Shown piece by piece: positions 16,025-23,642 of a stretch of 24,334 bases of DNA. The notes under the pieces were generated by a model. It worked only from the letters and a program-made list of their open reading frames with translations, ran no database searches and was not told the DNA's origin. The position numbers and the translations under genes were made by a program. Numbering within the stretch: position 1 is the stretch's first letter; each line of letters starts with the position of its first letter. Source of the stretch: a virus; IMG/VR virus record IMGVR_UViG_3300018984_000002, positions 102,777 to 127,110 of that record; one strand, given 5' to 3'.

Positions 16025-16408
16025 TTAACCTGCTGTACCACTAGATTGTTGTAGTGACAACTCTGTATCTGCATTTACAGGGGATTCTGCAACTTCGGAA
16101 TATGCATTTGCCACATTTGTTTTAGTGTCCAATAGAGTAAGTTCGTTAATACTTACAGTCAAACCCAGCAGCTTCAAACCCTGAGCTACAATATCGCGGA
16201 TTGGTGTACCTCGCTTAACTGTGATTGGAGTCGAGTTAAAATTAACGCTTACTACAACTGTGATTTCATCAGAGTCCGATGTACTAGGAGTTTCAGTTAC
16301 TTGAGCTGTAATAGATTCTGTGTTTTCTGTAGGTAAAACAACATCGCTATTGTTACTAACGTTAGTAGAGGCAAATTTGGAGAAGAAGTTGGAGAATACG
16401 TTAGACAT
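16025..16408 (-). CDS. ubiquitin-like (beta-grasp) protein 1, 127 aa
   Basis: ITVVVSVNFNSTPITVKRGTPIRDIVAQGLKLLGL...VNADTELSLQQSSGTAG*; AAGGAAA RBS; close paralogue of Ubl-2. Confidence 0.78.
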   Translation of the reverse strand: MSNVFSNFFSKFASTNVSNNSDVVLPTENTESITAQVTETPSTSDSDEITVVVSVNFNSTPITVKRGTPIRDIVAQGLKLLGLTVSINELTLLDTKTNVANAYSEVAESPVNADTELSLQQSSGTAG

Positions 16409-16475
16409 GATTAATTTCCTTGATTGGTAAACAAACTAAACACACAGAGCATCGAATGGAAACACACACACCAAC

Positions 16476-16820
16476 TTAAGCTGCTTGCGCTAGATACAAG
16501 TCCCATAACTCGTCTTTAGATAATAACCCTGGTTTACGGTGTAGTATAGGTGCAATGAAGTCCGAAAATAATAGGGATTCTTGCTTTGCCCCATTTATTT
16601 CGGTCACTCTTACATCTTCGTCTGGACTACCTACACATAGCGAGAAATACCCCAATCCTGTAATGACATACACAGCTTTTGGATTACGGCGAACAAACAG
16701 GTACAGTGATTCATTGTCTAATCCATTGCAGACGCGATACAACCATTCAATAGTGACAGGATTTTGGGCAACTTCTAACCGGAGGGAGTTACCATTGTGC
16801 AATAATTCAATAGCTTGCAT
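16476..16820 (-). CDS. hypothetical protein (114 aa)
   Basis: AAGGAA RBS; contains an internal degenerate GTCCGAAA...TTTCGGTC inverted pair (16560-16605). Confidence 0.7.
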   Translation of the reverse strand: MQAIELLHNGNSLRLEVAQNPVTIEWLYRVCNGLDNESLYLFVRRNPKAVYVITGLGYFSLCVGSPDEDVRVTEINGAKQESLLFSDFIAPILHRKPGLLSKDELWDLYLAQAA

Positions 16821-16863
16821 GATTTTATTCCTTGTATCTTGATTATTGTACTAAACTATCTGA

Positions 16864-17001
16864 TTACTCTGCACACCCATAGTCAATTAAGACTTGTTCT
16901 ACCGATCCATGCACCCTAACTAACTCATCTGCATTGACACCATAAAGCGAGGAGATGCTAAATAGAGCTACAAGATGAGTAGCAATGTTGTATGTCTGCA
17001 T
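16864..17001 (-). CDS. small protein (45 aa), not in the ORF track
   Basis: AGGAG RBS; MQTYNIATHLVALFSISSLYGVNADELVRVHGSVEQVLIDYGCAE*. Confidence 0.6.
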   Translation of the reverse strand: MQTYNIATHLVALFSISSLYGVNADELVRVHGSVEQVLIDYGCAE

Positions 17002-17051
17002 TGGAAATCTCCTAGGTTAGCTTACTTTGATCTTGAAATTAATAGTTAAAA

Positions 17052-17309
17052 CTAGTTAAATCTACTGTCATGAGTTCCGCACAATATAATATAACGAAAA
17101 TCTAACTCAATTCCATTAGATTTGAAAACCTTTACTCCAATTGGATTAAATTTATTTACCAAGTACTTATGTAAAAGCACAATAGGATCTTGGTGAATAA
17201 GTGGATAAGTTGCTCTTGTATCCTTTTTGTTTTCAATTAATTTTCTCCTCTCAGAACACATATCCCAAAGTTCTTGTTGTCCTGCATCTATGTCATTAAG
17301 TAAACTCAT
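17052..17309 (-). CDS. hypothetical protein (85 aa)
   Basis: ORF track; abuts the upstream stop; GGAG RBS. Confidence 0.7.
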   Translation of the reverse strand: MSLLNDIDAGQQELWDMCSERRKLIENKKDTRATYPLIHQDPIVLLHKYLVNKFNPIGVKVFKSNGIELDFRYIILCGTHDSRFN

Positions 17310-17537
17310 CTACTTTTCTCCAGGTAGAGGTAATATGTCAGTCCAATAATCAGGCTCAAGATAAGCTTGCAATCCGGTAGGTCTATTTACATACCAAATA
17401 ATGGTAGGTTCCCTGGATAAATATGAGTCTACATTGCGCCAATACCCTGTATAAAAACGGTCAGGCTTTTTATATCCTATTAACACTACTTTGTTTTCAG
17501 TAGGATAACGATCTTCTAACTTTTGCCAGTCATGCAT
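17310..17537 (-). CDS. DUF551-like phage protein
   Basis: WQKLEDRYP....VLI ... PDYWTDILPLP, the typical W..xxDRxP / HW..LP.P pattern. Confidence 0.7.
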   Translation of the reverse strand: MHDWQKLEDRYPTENKVVLIGYKKPDRFYTGYWRNVDSYLSREPTIIWYVNRPTGLQAYLEPDYWTDILPLPGEK

Positions 17538-17584
17538 TGCTTAAGAGTCCGAAATAATAGGGTTTGTTTGGATCTTCACTGTTT

Positions 17585-17794
17585 TTAAGTTAATTCTTCT
17601 ACTTGAATAGTTAAATAATCATTTAAAAATTCCTTAACTTCTCTGTCTATTAATTCCTGCTTTTGTTGTTTATTTAAATTATGAATACTTTCTTCATTGA
17701 CATCTACTATTCTTACGTACTCTTTATTTGGAATGTAGCCCTTAGTTTTTTTGGTAACCATAGTGTGCATAGTAATCTTAATCGCTAGTTTCAC
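17585..17794 (-). CDS. hypothetical protein (69 aa)
   Basis: GTG start with AAGGAA RBS. Confidence 0.65.
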   Translation of the reverse strand: MKLAIKITMHTMVTKKTKGYIPNKEYVRIVDVNEESIHNLNKQQKQELIDREVKEFLNDYLTIQVEELT

Positions 17795-17796
17795 TG

Positions 17797-17940
17797 TTAT
17801 TCCTTGTTACTTTTCTTTCTAAACAAATACTCTAATTCAGTACGTTTAATGTTGTAATAAAGCTTTCTTAATTCAATACCAGCCTTAAAATTAAGAGTGA
17901 AAAGTAAACTAAAAACTATTGAATAAAACAGTATATCCAT
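17797..17940 (-). CDS. small protein with a hydrophobic N-terminus (47 aa), not in the ORF track
   Basis: MDILFYSIVFSLLFTLNFKAGIELRKLYYNIKRTELEYLFRKKSNKE*; fills the gap with 2-nt spacers on both sides. Confidence 0.65.
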   Translation of the reverse strand: MDILFYSIVFSLLFTLNFKAGIELRKLYYNIKRTELEYLFRKKSNKE

Positions 17941-17942
17941 AT

Positions 17943-18227
17943 TTAACTCTCTAAATACTTACTAATCATTTCTTTAGCTTCATCAGTAAATTCTTCTACA
18001 AGACACCTAAAACAACTATGACATTGTTTTGTACAATCTCCGTCATGTCTGCCGTCTTTCCAATACGAAGATATTTCTATCTCTCTAAGCATATTATTAA
18101 AACCTAAAACTGCTTCGTCAAAAGAATCGTAAAAATCTGTATCAAAAGCATAGAAATTTAACATAGCAATTAAATAAAGTCGCTTATCTGCTTTTAATTC
18201 ATTTTCAACTAAACGTATATTTGACAT
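17943..18227 (-). CDS. hypothetical protein with a Cys/His cluster (likely start MSNIRL at 18227)
   Basis: HDGDCTKQCHSCFRC; the longer ORF start falls inside a terminator hairpin. Confidence 0.7.
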   Translation of the reverse strand: MSNIRLVENELKADKRLYLIAMLNFYAFDTDFYDSFDEAVLGFNNMLREIEISSYWKDGRHDGDCTKQCHSCFRCLVEEFTDEAKEMISKYLES

Positions 18228-18255
18228 AGTTGTTATTTGTGTAAGTATACAAAAC

Positions 18256-18289
18256 AAATGCCCCTTAATTAAATAACTAAAGGGCATTT
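18256..18289 (-). terminator. intrinsic terminator downstream of the ncRNA candidate
   Basis: AAATGCCC(C)TT ... AAGGGCATTT stem followed by GTTTTGT on the minus strand. Confidence 0.7.
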
Positions 18290-18292
18290 ATC

Positions 18293-18446
18293 TTAGTGAC
18301 TGTAATCCAGTATTTCTACTGCCGTACTGCCTCCCTGTCCGGTTAAGATTCTACTCTGCTACTTCTTTGCAGACATCCAAGGTTCGCGACAATACTAGTC
18401 TCCCTTGTAGATGGGCGAGTCAGTCCATTCCGTAGTTAGTCACTAA
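18293..18446 (-). ncRNA. unidentified structured non-coding RNA candidate (~154 nt)
   Basis: Intergenic and GC-richer than its surroundings. Closing stem TTAGTGACT/AGTCACTAA; internal stems ACTGACTC/GAGGCAGT, CATC..CAAGG/CCTTGGATG, TCTGC/GCAGA and CAGTA-GAAA-TACTG (GNRA tetraloop, which supports the minus strand). Confidence 0.65.
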
Positions 18447-18448
18447 TA

Positions 18449-19339
18449 CTATTCTACATCATTCTGTAGGAGTGCCTGTAATCTAAACACAGACTTTTCC
18501 TTAAGCTTACTTTCTACCTCCAGCCAAGGCGCTTCCAACATACAAGGAGGATATTTCTCTATATAATCGCTATGTTTTCGGTCTAATATATCTTTCTCCC
18601 CATTACTAATATGTGTCGTAATCCATTCCGGAGTAGTCCAAGTCTGTTTGGCTAAATCAAATTCTTCTTTGATTATGCGATGAGTGTATGACCCACATCT
18701 ATTACTAACCAAACTATGGTGAAAGTCAAATAATACAGGAACTCCTGTTTGTTCACTAACCTTACAAAGTTCCTTAGTAGAATAACAATACTCATCATTT
18801 TCTAGGGTTAGTCTACTTTTAATGTTGTCAGATAAATTGTTAATAGTTTCAATTAGTGTTTTACTATTACCTCGTTTACCTCCGTGAATATTTAGTAGAT
18901 TAAAATGTGATTGGCTTAAACCTATTAAATCAAAGATATGTGCATGATGTTCTAGTTCATTAATACTATTGTTAATTACATCACTACTATCACTACTTAA
19001 AACAACAAACTGGTCAGGATGCATTACAACTCTTACTTTGCTTTGTTTGATATTTTCTTCTAACACTTTCAAAGTAGAGACAACATTACTTAAAGCAGAA
19101 ATACCAGCTTCTGTTTCATAAAAAGGAAACAAATGACTAGTTACTCTGTACATAGGTATACTATTATTAAAACAATATTTGATTGCTTTAATAAACATAT
19201 CTACATTGTCAGAATAAATACTATTTAATTTCTCTAATTGTTGCTCTAAAGACAAACTAAGAAATCGTGTCTTAGTAATAGTTTTGTAACTAACAGTTTT
19301 GTCACTCGTAAGACAACACAAACCAAGTTTAGGTAGCAT
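18449..19339 (-). CDS. uvsE: UV damage repair endonuclease UvsE (UVDE)
   Basis: LGLCC, MYRVTSHLFPF, RVVMHPDQFVVLSS, NIHGG, RLTLENDE, PVLFDFHH, THIS, HSDYI, EVESKLKE. Confidence 0.95.
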   Translation of the reverse strand: MLPKLGLCCLTSDKTVSYKTITKTRFLSLSLEQQLEKLNSIYSDNVDMFIKAIKYCFNNSIPMYRVTSHLFPFYETEAGISALSNVVSTLKVLEENIKQSKVRVVMHPDQFVVLSSDSSDVINNSINELEHHAHIFDLIGLSQSHFNLLNIHGGKRGNSKTLIETINNLSDNIKSRLTLENDEYCYSTKELCKVSEQTGVPVLFDFHHSLVSNRCGSYTHRIIKEEFDLAKQTWTTPEWITTHISNGEKDILDRKHSDYIEKYPPCMLEAPWLEVESKLKEKSVFRLQALLQNDVE

Positions 19340-19359
19340 AAATTATTTATCTTCTTTCT

Positions 19360-19551
19360 CTAGTCTTTGTAATTCAGAAAAAGAACTTTAACAAAAGATA
19401 TTGTATGTTCTGCTAATACATTTTCTTGACCACAACTACTTGCTCCACATACTGCATTTAAAATAGATGCTTCATTGTTGTAACCTAACTCTAGGGCTTT
19501 GTCGGCTAGGTTACTAATTTCTTCAATAAATTGTAATTTTTCAGGAGTCAT
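19360..19551 (-). CDS. hypothetical protein (63 aa)
   Basis: ORF track; AAGGT RBS. Confidence 0.65.
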   Translation of the reverse strand: MTPEKLQFIEEISNLADKALELGYNNEASILNAVCGASSCGQENVLAEHTISFVKVLFLNYKD

Positions 19552-19574
19552 TATTTTAATACCTTAAATAGAAA

Positions 19575-19610
19575 ACACTTAGCCAACTAAACAAATAATC
19601 AGCTAAGTGT
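19575..19610 (-). terminator. probable intrinsic terminator
   Basis: ACACTTAGC/GCTAAGTGT stem followed by TTTCTATTT on the minus strand. Confidence 0.6.
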
Positions 19611-19627
19611 GTATGCAGCGAAAACTA

Positions 19628-19732
19628 TTACTCAGACTTAGACTGTGGATCTTTTTCTTTTGGTTGCTCTTTTACTTGTTTGATGTTAGCGGTCTTAACT
19701 ATATCTACAAACAAGTCATTTAGATTACTCAT
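19628..19732 (-). CDS. small peptide (34 aa)
   Basis: MSNLNDLFVDIVKTANIKQVKEQPKEKDPQSKSE*, ending just before the terminator. Confidence 0.45.
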   Translation of the reverse strand: MSNLNDLFVDIVKTANIKQVKEQPKEKDPQSKSE

Positions 19733-19821
19733 TTTCTACACTCAGTAATAATGGAACTGTAGATGCTCCTACTATATGCATAACAGAAATAGTATGAGTG
19801 TAGTTAAACTTTACTCAATCT

Positions 19822-19959
19822 TCATTCTTTTTCCTCGTCTTTAACAAGCCGTATTTTACGACGAATAGACTTCTTAGTGGAATTAGGTATAGTCTCATCT
19901 AATAGTTGAGCTTCTAGTTTACCTAATTGTAAATCAGTCTTTGATATTGTTGCATTCAT
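19822..19959 (-). CDS. small protein (45 aa)
   Basis: MNATISKTDLQLGKLEAQLLDETIPNSTKKSIRRKIRLVKDEEKE*; ATGA overlap with the upstream ORF. Confidence 0.55.
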   Translation of the reverse strand: MNATISKTDLQLGKLEAQLLDETIPNSTKKSIRRKIRLVKDEEKE

Positions 19960-20063
19960 TGACTATCTTGTTTGCGTTTAAACAGTTTAGTTCTTTCTAC
20001 TAAGGTATCCCACCAGATATGCACTAAAAGATAAAGCTTAATCATTGTCTTTCGTTTAGACAT
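19956..20063 (-). CDS. small peptide (35 aa)
   Basis: AGGAG RBS; MSKRKTMIKLYLLVHIWWDTLVERTKLFKRKQDSQ*. Confidence 0.55.
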   Translation of the reverse strand: MSKRKTMIKLYLLVHIWWDTLVERTKLFKRKQDSQ

Positions 20064-20086
20064 TTGACTCCTAAATACAATAGGGA

Positions 20087-20130
20087 GTCCGAAATAATAA
20101 GATACTCTTGTGTTGTCTATTATTTCGGAC
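20087..20130. repeat. GTCCGAAATA-family inverted repeat (copy 6)
   Basis: GTCCGAAATAATA ... TATTATTTCGGAC, 13-bp arms, intergenic. Confidence 0.85.
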
Positions 20131-20142
20131 ATTCAACTTACT

Positions 20143-20517
20143 CTACTGCAACTCAGCTAGTTGTTTCTTAATATCCTCTACACTTAGCTGTTGTAGTTGT
20201 TCTGTTTCTTTTTGATTCAGTAATGCAATTAGTTGTTGCTTTTTAACTAACTTTTCTTGTGCAAGTTTGCGTTCATCGCGTTCTTGAATCTTAGTCTCAA
20301 TAATTAGCCGTACTACATCAAACTTTAATTGCAAACTAAAGTCAGTATTTTTGTTGTCAATAAAACTAATCTCGCGGTCTTGCAGTTGTTTGTTTAATTG
20401 AACAGCAATATCGTTCAAAGAAACTAAATCCATATTCCACAAATCTTCGGTATTTAAAATACCTTTGTCTGTAGAAAAACGTAACTTATTCTTAGTAGCT
20501 TGTGCAAATAATTCCAT
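20143..20517 (-). CDS. conserved phage hypothetical coiled-coil protein
   Basis: LFAQATKNKLRF.T.KG.L..EDLW...SFI...LKFDVV..II..K; from memory this family usually sits next to homologues of the upstream ~655-aa gene. Confidence 0.8.
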   Translation of the reverse strand: MELFAQATKNKLRFSTDKGILNTEDLWNMDLVSLNDIAVQLNKQLQDREISFIDNKNTDFSLQLKFDVVRLIIETKIQERDERKLAQEKLVKKQQLIALLNQKETEQLQQLSVEDIKKQLAELQ

Positions 20518-20532
20518 ATTAGTTTTCCTGTA

Positions 20533-21136
20533 TTAGATGGTTACTTTGTAGACTTTATTACTATTAACTTTGACAACAAAATCATTCCTCATTGTAGAAG
20601 AAAATCCCAAACCACTTAGTTGATTATCTGTGTAATCAATATTCAGTTTACTACCAAGTAACTCAAACACTTTACTGTGCTTGGATAAATCATTGTTTAA
20701 AAACTCATTAAAGATACCTCTTGTAGGTTCATTATTTTTAGCTTCTTCTAAATACAAGATAAAGTGTTTATTACCTGCACTGTTATTGCCCCAGTAGTTA
20801 GGAGAAAACATTATTGCTTTTACGGGGTAAAATTTATTAGTATTTAAACTCCATACTGTTTGAGTAGTTAATTTAGATTGTTTCTTGGTGTTTAAAGTAA
20901 TAACTCCACTTTTAACTGTAAATGAGGCTACTTCTACATACTGCTTGTAACGTGGACTGTTACATTCAAAATCATAAATCTGCCCATCAAATTCTACTTC
21001 TACTTTAAATGTTTTATCTTGAGTTTCGCGGTCTGTGAAATTATGGACTTTAATGTAGTATTGTCCATCCACAAGATTACAGTTGTAGGGATAGATAATA
21101 TTTTCTACAGGTGTGCGAGTAAGATTAGTGACATTC
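20533..21136 (-). CDS. exon 2 of a conserved ~655-aa phage protein
   Basis: Frame is open 21 codons upstream of the ORF-track start: NVTNLTRTPVENIIYPYNCNL-VDGQY...; also SPNYW, GNKH, RGIFNEFL, QLSGLGFSST. Confidence 0.85.
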
Positions 21137-22226
21137 CCTTTTTGTTTAATAGATGTCGTTAGTATCTATTGACTTAAATAAGTCCTCATACTTTCGTATG
21201 AGAGCAGACTATATCTTCATCTCTGCATAAACAGAGAGTCGCCCACTTCCATCTACTTAGATGTACTCCCTCGCGGGATAGTCGTTGAACCTTCCTCATA
21301 TCTTACAACTTAGAGGCTTGGCTGCTGATTTAGGAATCTTCATCTCTTTTACTTTACGGTAGGAATTAACTACCCCATTAAGTATGTTTCCATCTTAATT
21401 TAGTGTATGAAGCTCTAACCTAGTTCCAGTCAATTCAGGCGATAACCACTATATATCGCTATATAGCTGCACAATTGAGTTATTTGATATTACAAGCATC
21501 AAAAGCCTCTTTTTTTCTCTTTAGATACAGTTCAGCGTCTCTATACATCCAATCTCCAAACTTTAAACATTGCAATCTACCACAGTAAGCCAAAGTATTT
21601 ATATTATTATCTCTTTCAGGAAATCTAGGAATCATTTTGTTTTTATTGAACCCTAACTCAGTTACAAGTAATTCCTGTAAAGATAATAAAAAATCATTTG
21701 TACCTACTAAAGAAAAGTATTTTTTCTTTGATTTACTGATATGACCATCCCCATCAAAATAACCTCTTACAAAATGACTAAGTAAAGATTTATTTACTTG
21801 ATCGTTTGTTGGAAATTTAAGTGTGAATGTCTTTTTGTCAGTACACCCCAATTCGCTTAATCTTGTAGATATTTTTCTGCTACAAATAGTTAAGCGATAT
21901 TGTCGAGAAAGATTACTGTTGTGATAGGTTACAAGTTGAAGCGGTTTGCTTGGTTGAATTAAAGCGCTTAATTGAACCAGTATATCCGTATCCCTCTCCT
22001 GTAAATTAATAGAAATAGCCCCTCTTTTAGTATTGTTATATCCATCGGCATACAGTATACCTAAGAAATAAGCTTTATCAGGGGTATCTATAATATCGAA
22101 ATAAGTTTGGTCAAGAGGGTATTTTCGGCAAACGGTTTTACCTGTATTCAAAGAATTCATAGTATCTACATAAATATGTACATACTATTATATTGGCTTT
22201 GCCTATAATTTCATTTAACTTACTTT
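21137..22226 (-). mobile_element. group I intron (1090 nt, IA2-like) with a LAGLIDADG endonuclease ORF 5' of the catalytic core (L1 region)
   Basis: Splice GAC AT|G AAT restores ELDID-M-N; exon ends in U, intron ends in G. P3 TCGCC/GGCGA; P AATTGACTGGAA and Q AATCAGCAG; R TTCAACGACTA; P7.1/P7.2 hairpins (TCCCGCGAGGGA, CATCTAAGTAGATG); S GAAGATATAGTC; P9 CTCATACGAAAGTATGAG. Confidence 0.92.
21480..22160 (-). CDS. intron-encoded two-motif LAGLIDADG homing endonuclease
   Basis: DKAYFLGILYADG and FVRGYFDGDGH motifs, KKTFTLKFP, C-terminal YLKRKK. Confidence 0.92.
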   Translation of the reverse strand: MNSLNTGKTVCRKYPLDQTYFDIIDTPDKAYFLGILYADGYNNTKRGAISINLQERDTDILVQLSALIQPSKPLQLVTYHNSNLSRQYRLTICSRKISTRLSELGCTDKKTFTLKFPTNDQVNKSLLSHFVRGYFDGDGHISKSKKKYFSLVGTNDFLLSLQELLVTELGFNKNKMIPRFPERDNNINTLAYCGRLQCLKFGDWMYRDAELYLKRKKEAFDACNIK

Positions 22227-23590
22227 ATGTCTATATCTAATTCACCTTTAGTTGTACGACTATACTTGTTTCCATAATAAATATTGGTATCTGTTTCTTG
22301 TAGATGAAGATCGAGATCGTCGTAATTATACCATTCAAGGCTTATACGTAATTTACCATCTACTTTTCCACCTGCTTGTTTTACTTTATCTTTAAGACTA
22401 TCTGTTAAACCTTTGCTATAACACCAACTAAAGTGATTATTCCACTTAAACAAATGTTTAGCTTCAGGGTTTTGACTGGTAAGTAGACTAACTAAGTTGG
22501 ACTGATGTTTGTTTTCAAATAATACTTCTACTGATTTAGAACCAGGCAGTATCTTTGAAATAAAATCATCTAATTTAACTTCAACTGCCGACTTAAAACT
22601 ATTAGGATTAACAACTAAATCACTTTGCAACTTAGAAAAGATATCTGCGTTAATACTATTACGATTAACATAAATAACATCATTAACATTGATATCGTCT
22701 AAGGTAGCAAAGCGTCTGTACAGGGAGTCTAACAGCCCTAAGTCTGCAATGGTGCGTTGTGCATCTTCTAGCATCTTAGCTGACACAATAGGCTGTGGAC
22801 GCTTGTAGTTTGTAGGTGCAACCACCCTTTCAAACTTTCTCACTGCAACATCTAAATCTAAACCATTGCTAAGATCTATCAACAAAGTACCTATACTTGT
22901 ATTTCGGACTCTTGTAATTGCATTAGATTTAGTGGCTTGAATCCAGCAGAAGTTATCTTGTTGATTAACTGGAAGAGACAAATAGACGTTTTGTTCATTA
23001 ACAAAGGCTTCTAACAACCCTTTAAATTCAGATCCCCGATACAGATTGTTTTCACTAATTAAATCTAAAACAGTTGTTGTTGCTTCAATTGTTAGTTCAT
23101 CCAAGCTACGCTTAAATACATTTTTATTGTCACGATATTCACTCTTTTTACCTTCTATATTTTCTTTGCGGGTTTTAAAGTTTAATGGTAGCTCATAAAA
23201 CAAATGCTCCCATTTAAGACTTGGTGTTTCATAATTAAAATTAGTCCCAAGTTTGTTTGTTTCAGTAACAAAAACACCTGTAATAGGTTTACGAATAACT
23301 AAGTAATTTAGGTTATCTACTACTTGTTGATAAGTAGGATCTGGGACTAAAAATTCCCAGAAAGAATGTACTTGATAATCACTTCCAATAACAACTAAAT
23401 TACCGTAGTTCTTAATAAAGCTACGGCAAGCATTACAATTAAACTCTTGTCTTACATCACCTGGAAAACTATTAATGTAAGTGTTCCAAAGTGTATCTTT
23501 GTCTACGTCTGTGTAGTAAAGAAAATCGGCATTCTCTACCATTACAGAAAAGCTAGATTGAAACAGTTGTTTAAACCGAATAAATTCCAT
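22227..23590 (-). CDS. exon 1 of a conserved ~655-aa phage protein (CxxC N-terminal domain; YfaP/DUF2135-like motif near the junction)
   Basis: FNCNACRSFIKNYG, NNLYRG.EF, RNTSIGTLL, VAPTNYKRP, FKWNN.FSW.Y, VKQAGG.V.G.LRISLEW.NYDDLDLH. Confidence 0.88.
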
Positions 23591-23642
23591 AGTAAAGTAG
23601 TCTTAATTAAAGGTAGACAATGAGCTTGCAAACAAACTCTAG

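Noticed and set aside
1905-16842. Plus-strand ORFs (1905, 3376, 4953, 7332, 9684, 10625, 10866, 16555)
   Set aside because: All are antisense shadows of well-supported minus-strand genes and have no recognisable motifs; the poly-Ser in 9684..9881 is just the complement of Glu/Asp codons.
18293-18446. tRNA, tmRNA or intron fragment
   Set aside because: No cloverleaf, T-loop (TTCRA) with CCA end, tag reading frame or P7 GACTA/TAGTC-type core could be fitted.
897-20130. GTCCGAAATA repeats as a CRISPR array or as IS/MITE ends
   Set aside because: Copies are kilobases apart, inverted rather than direct, have variable spacer lengths, show no target-site duplication, and there is no cas or transposase gene in the window.
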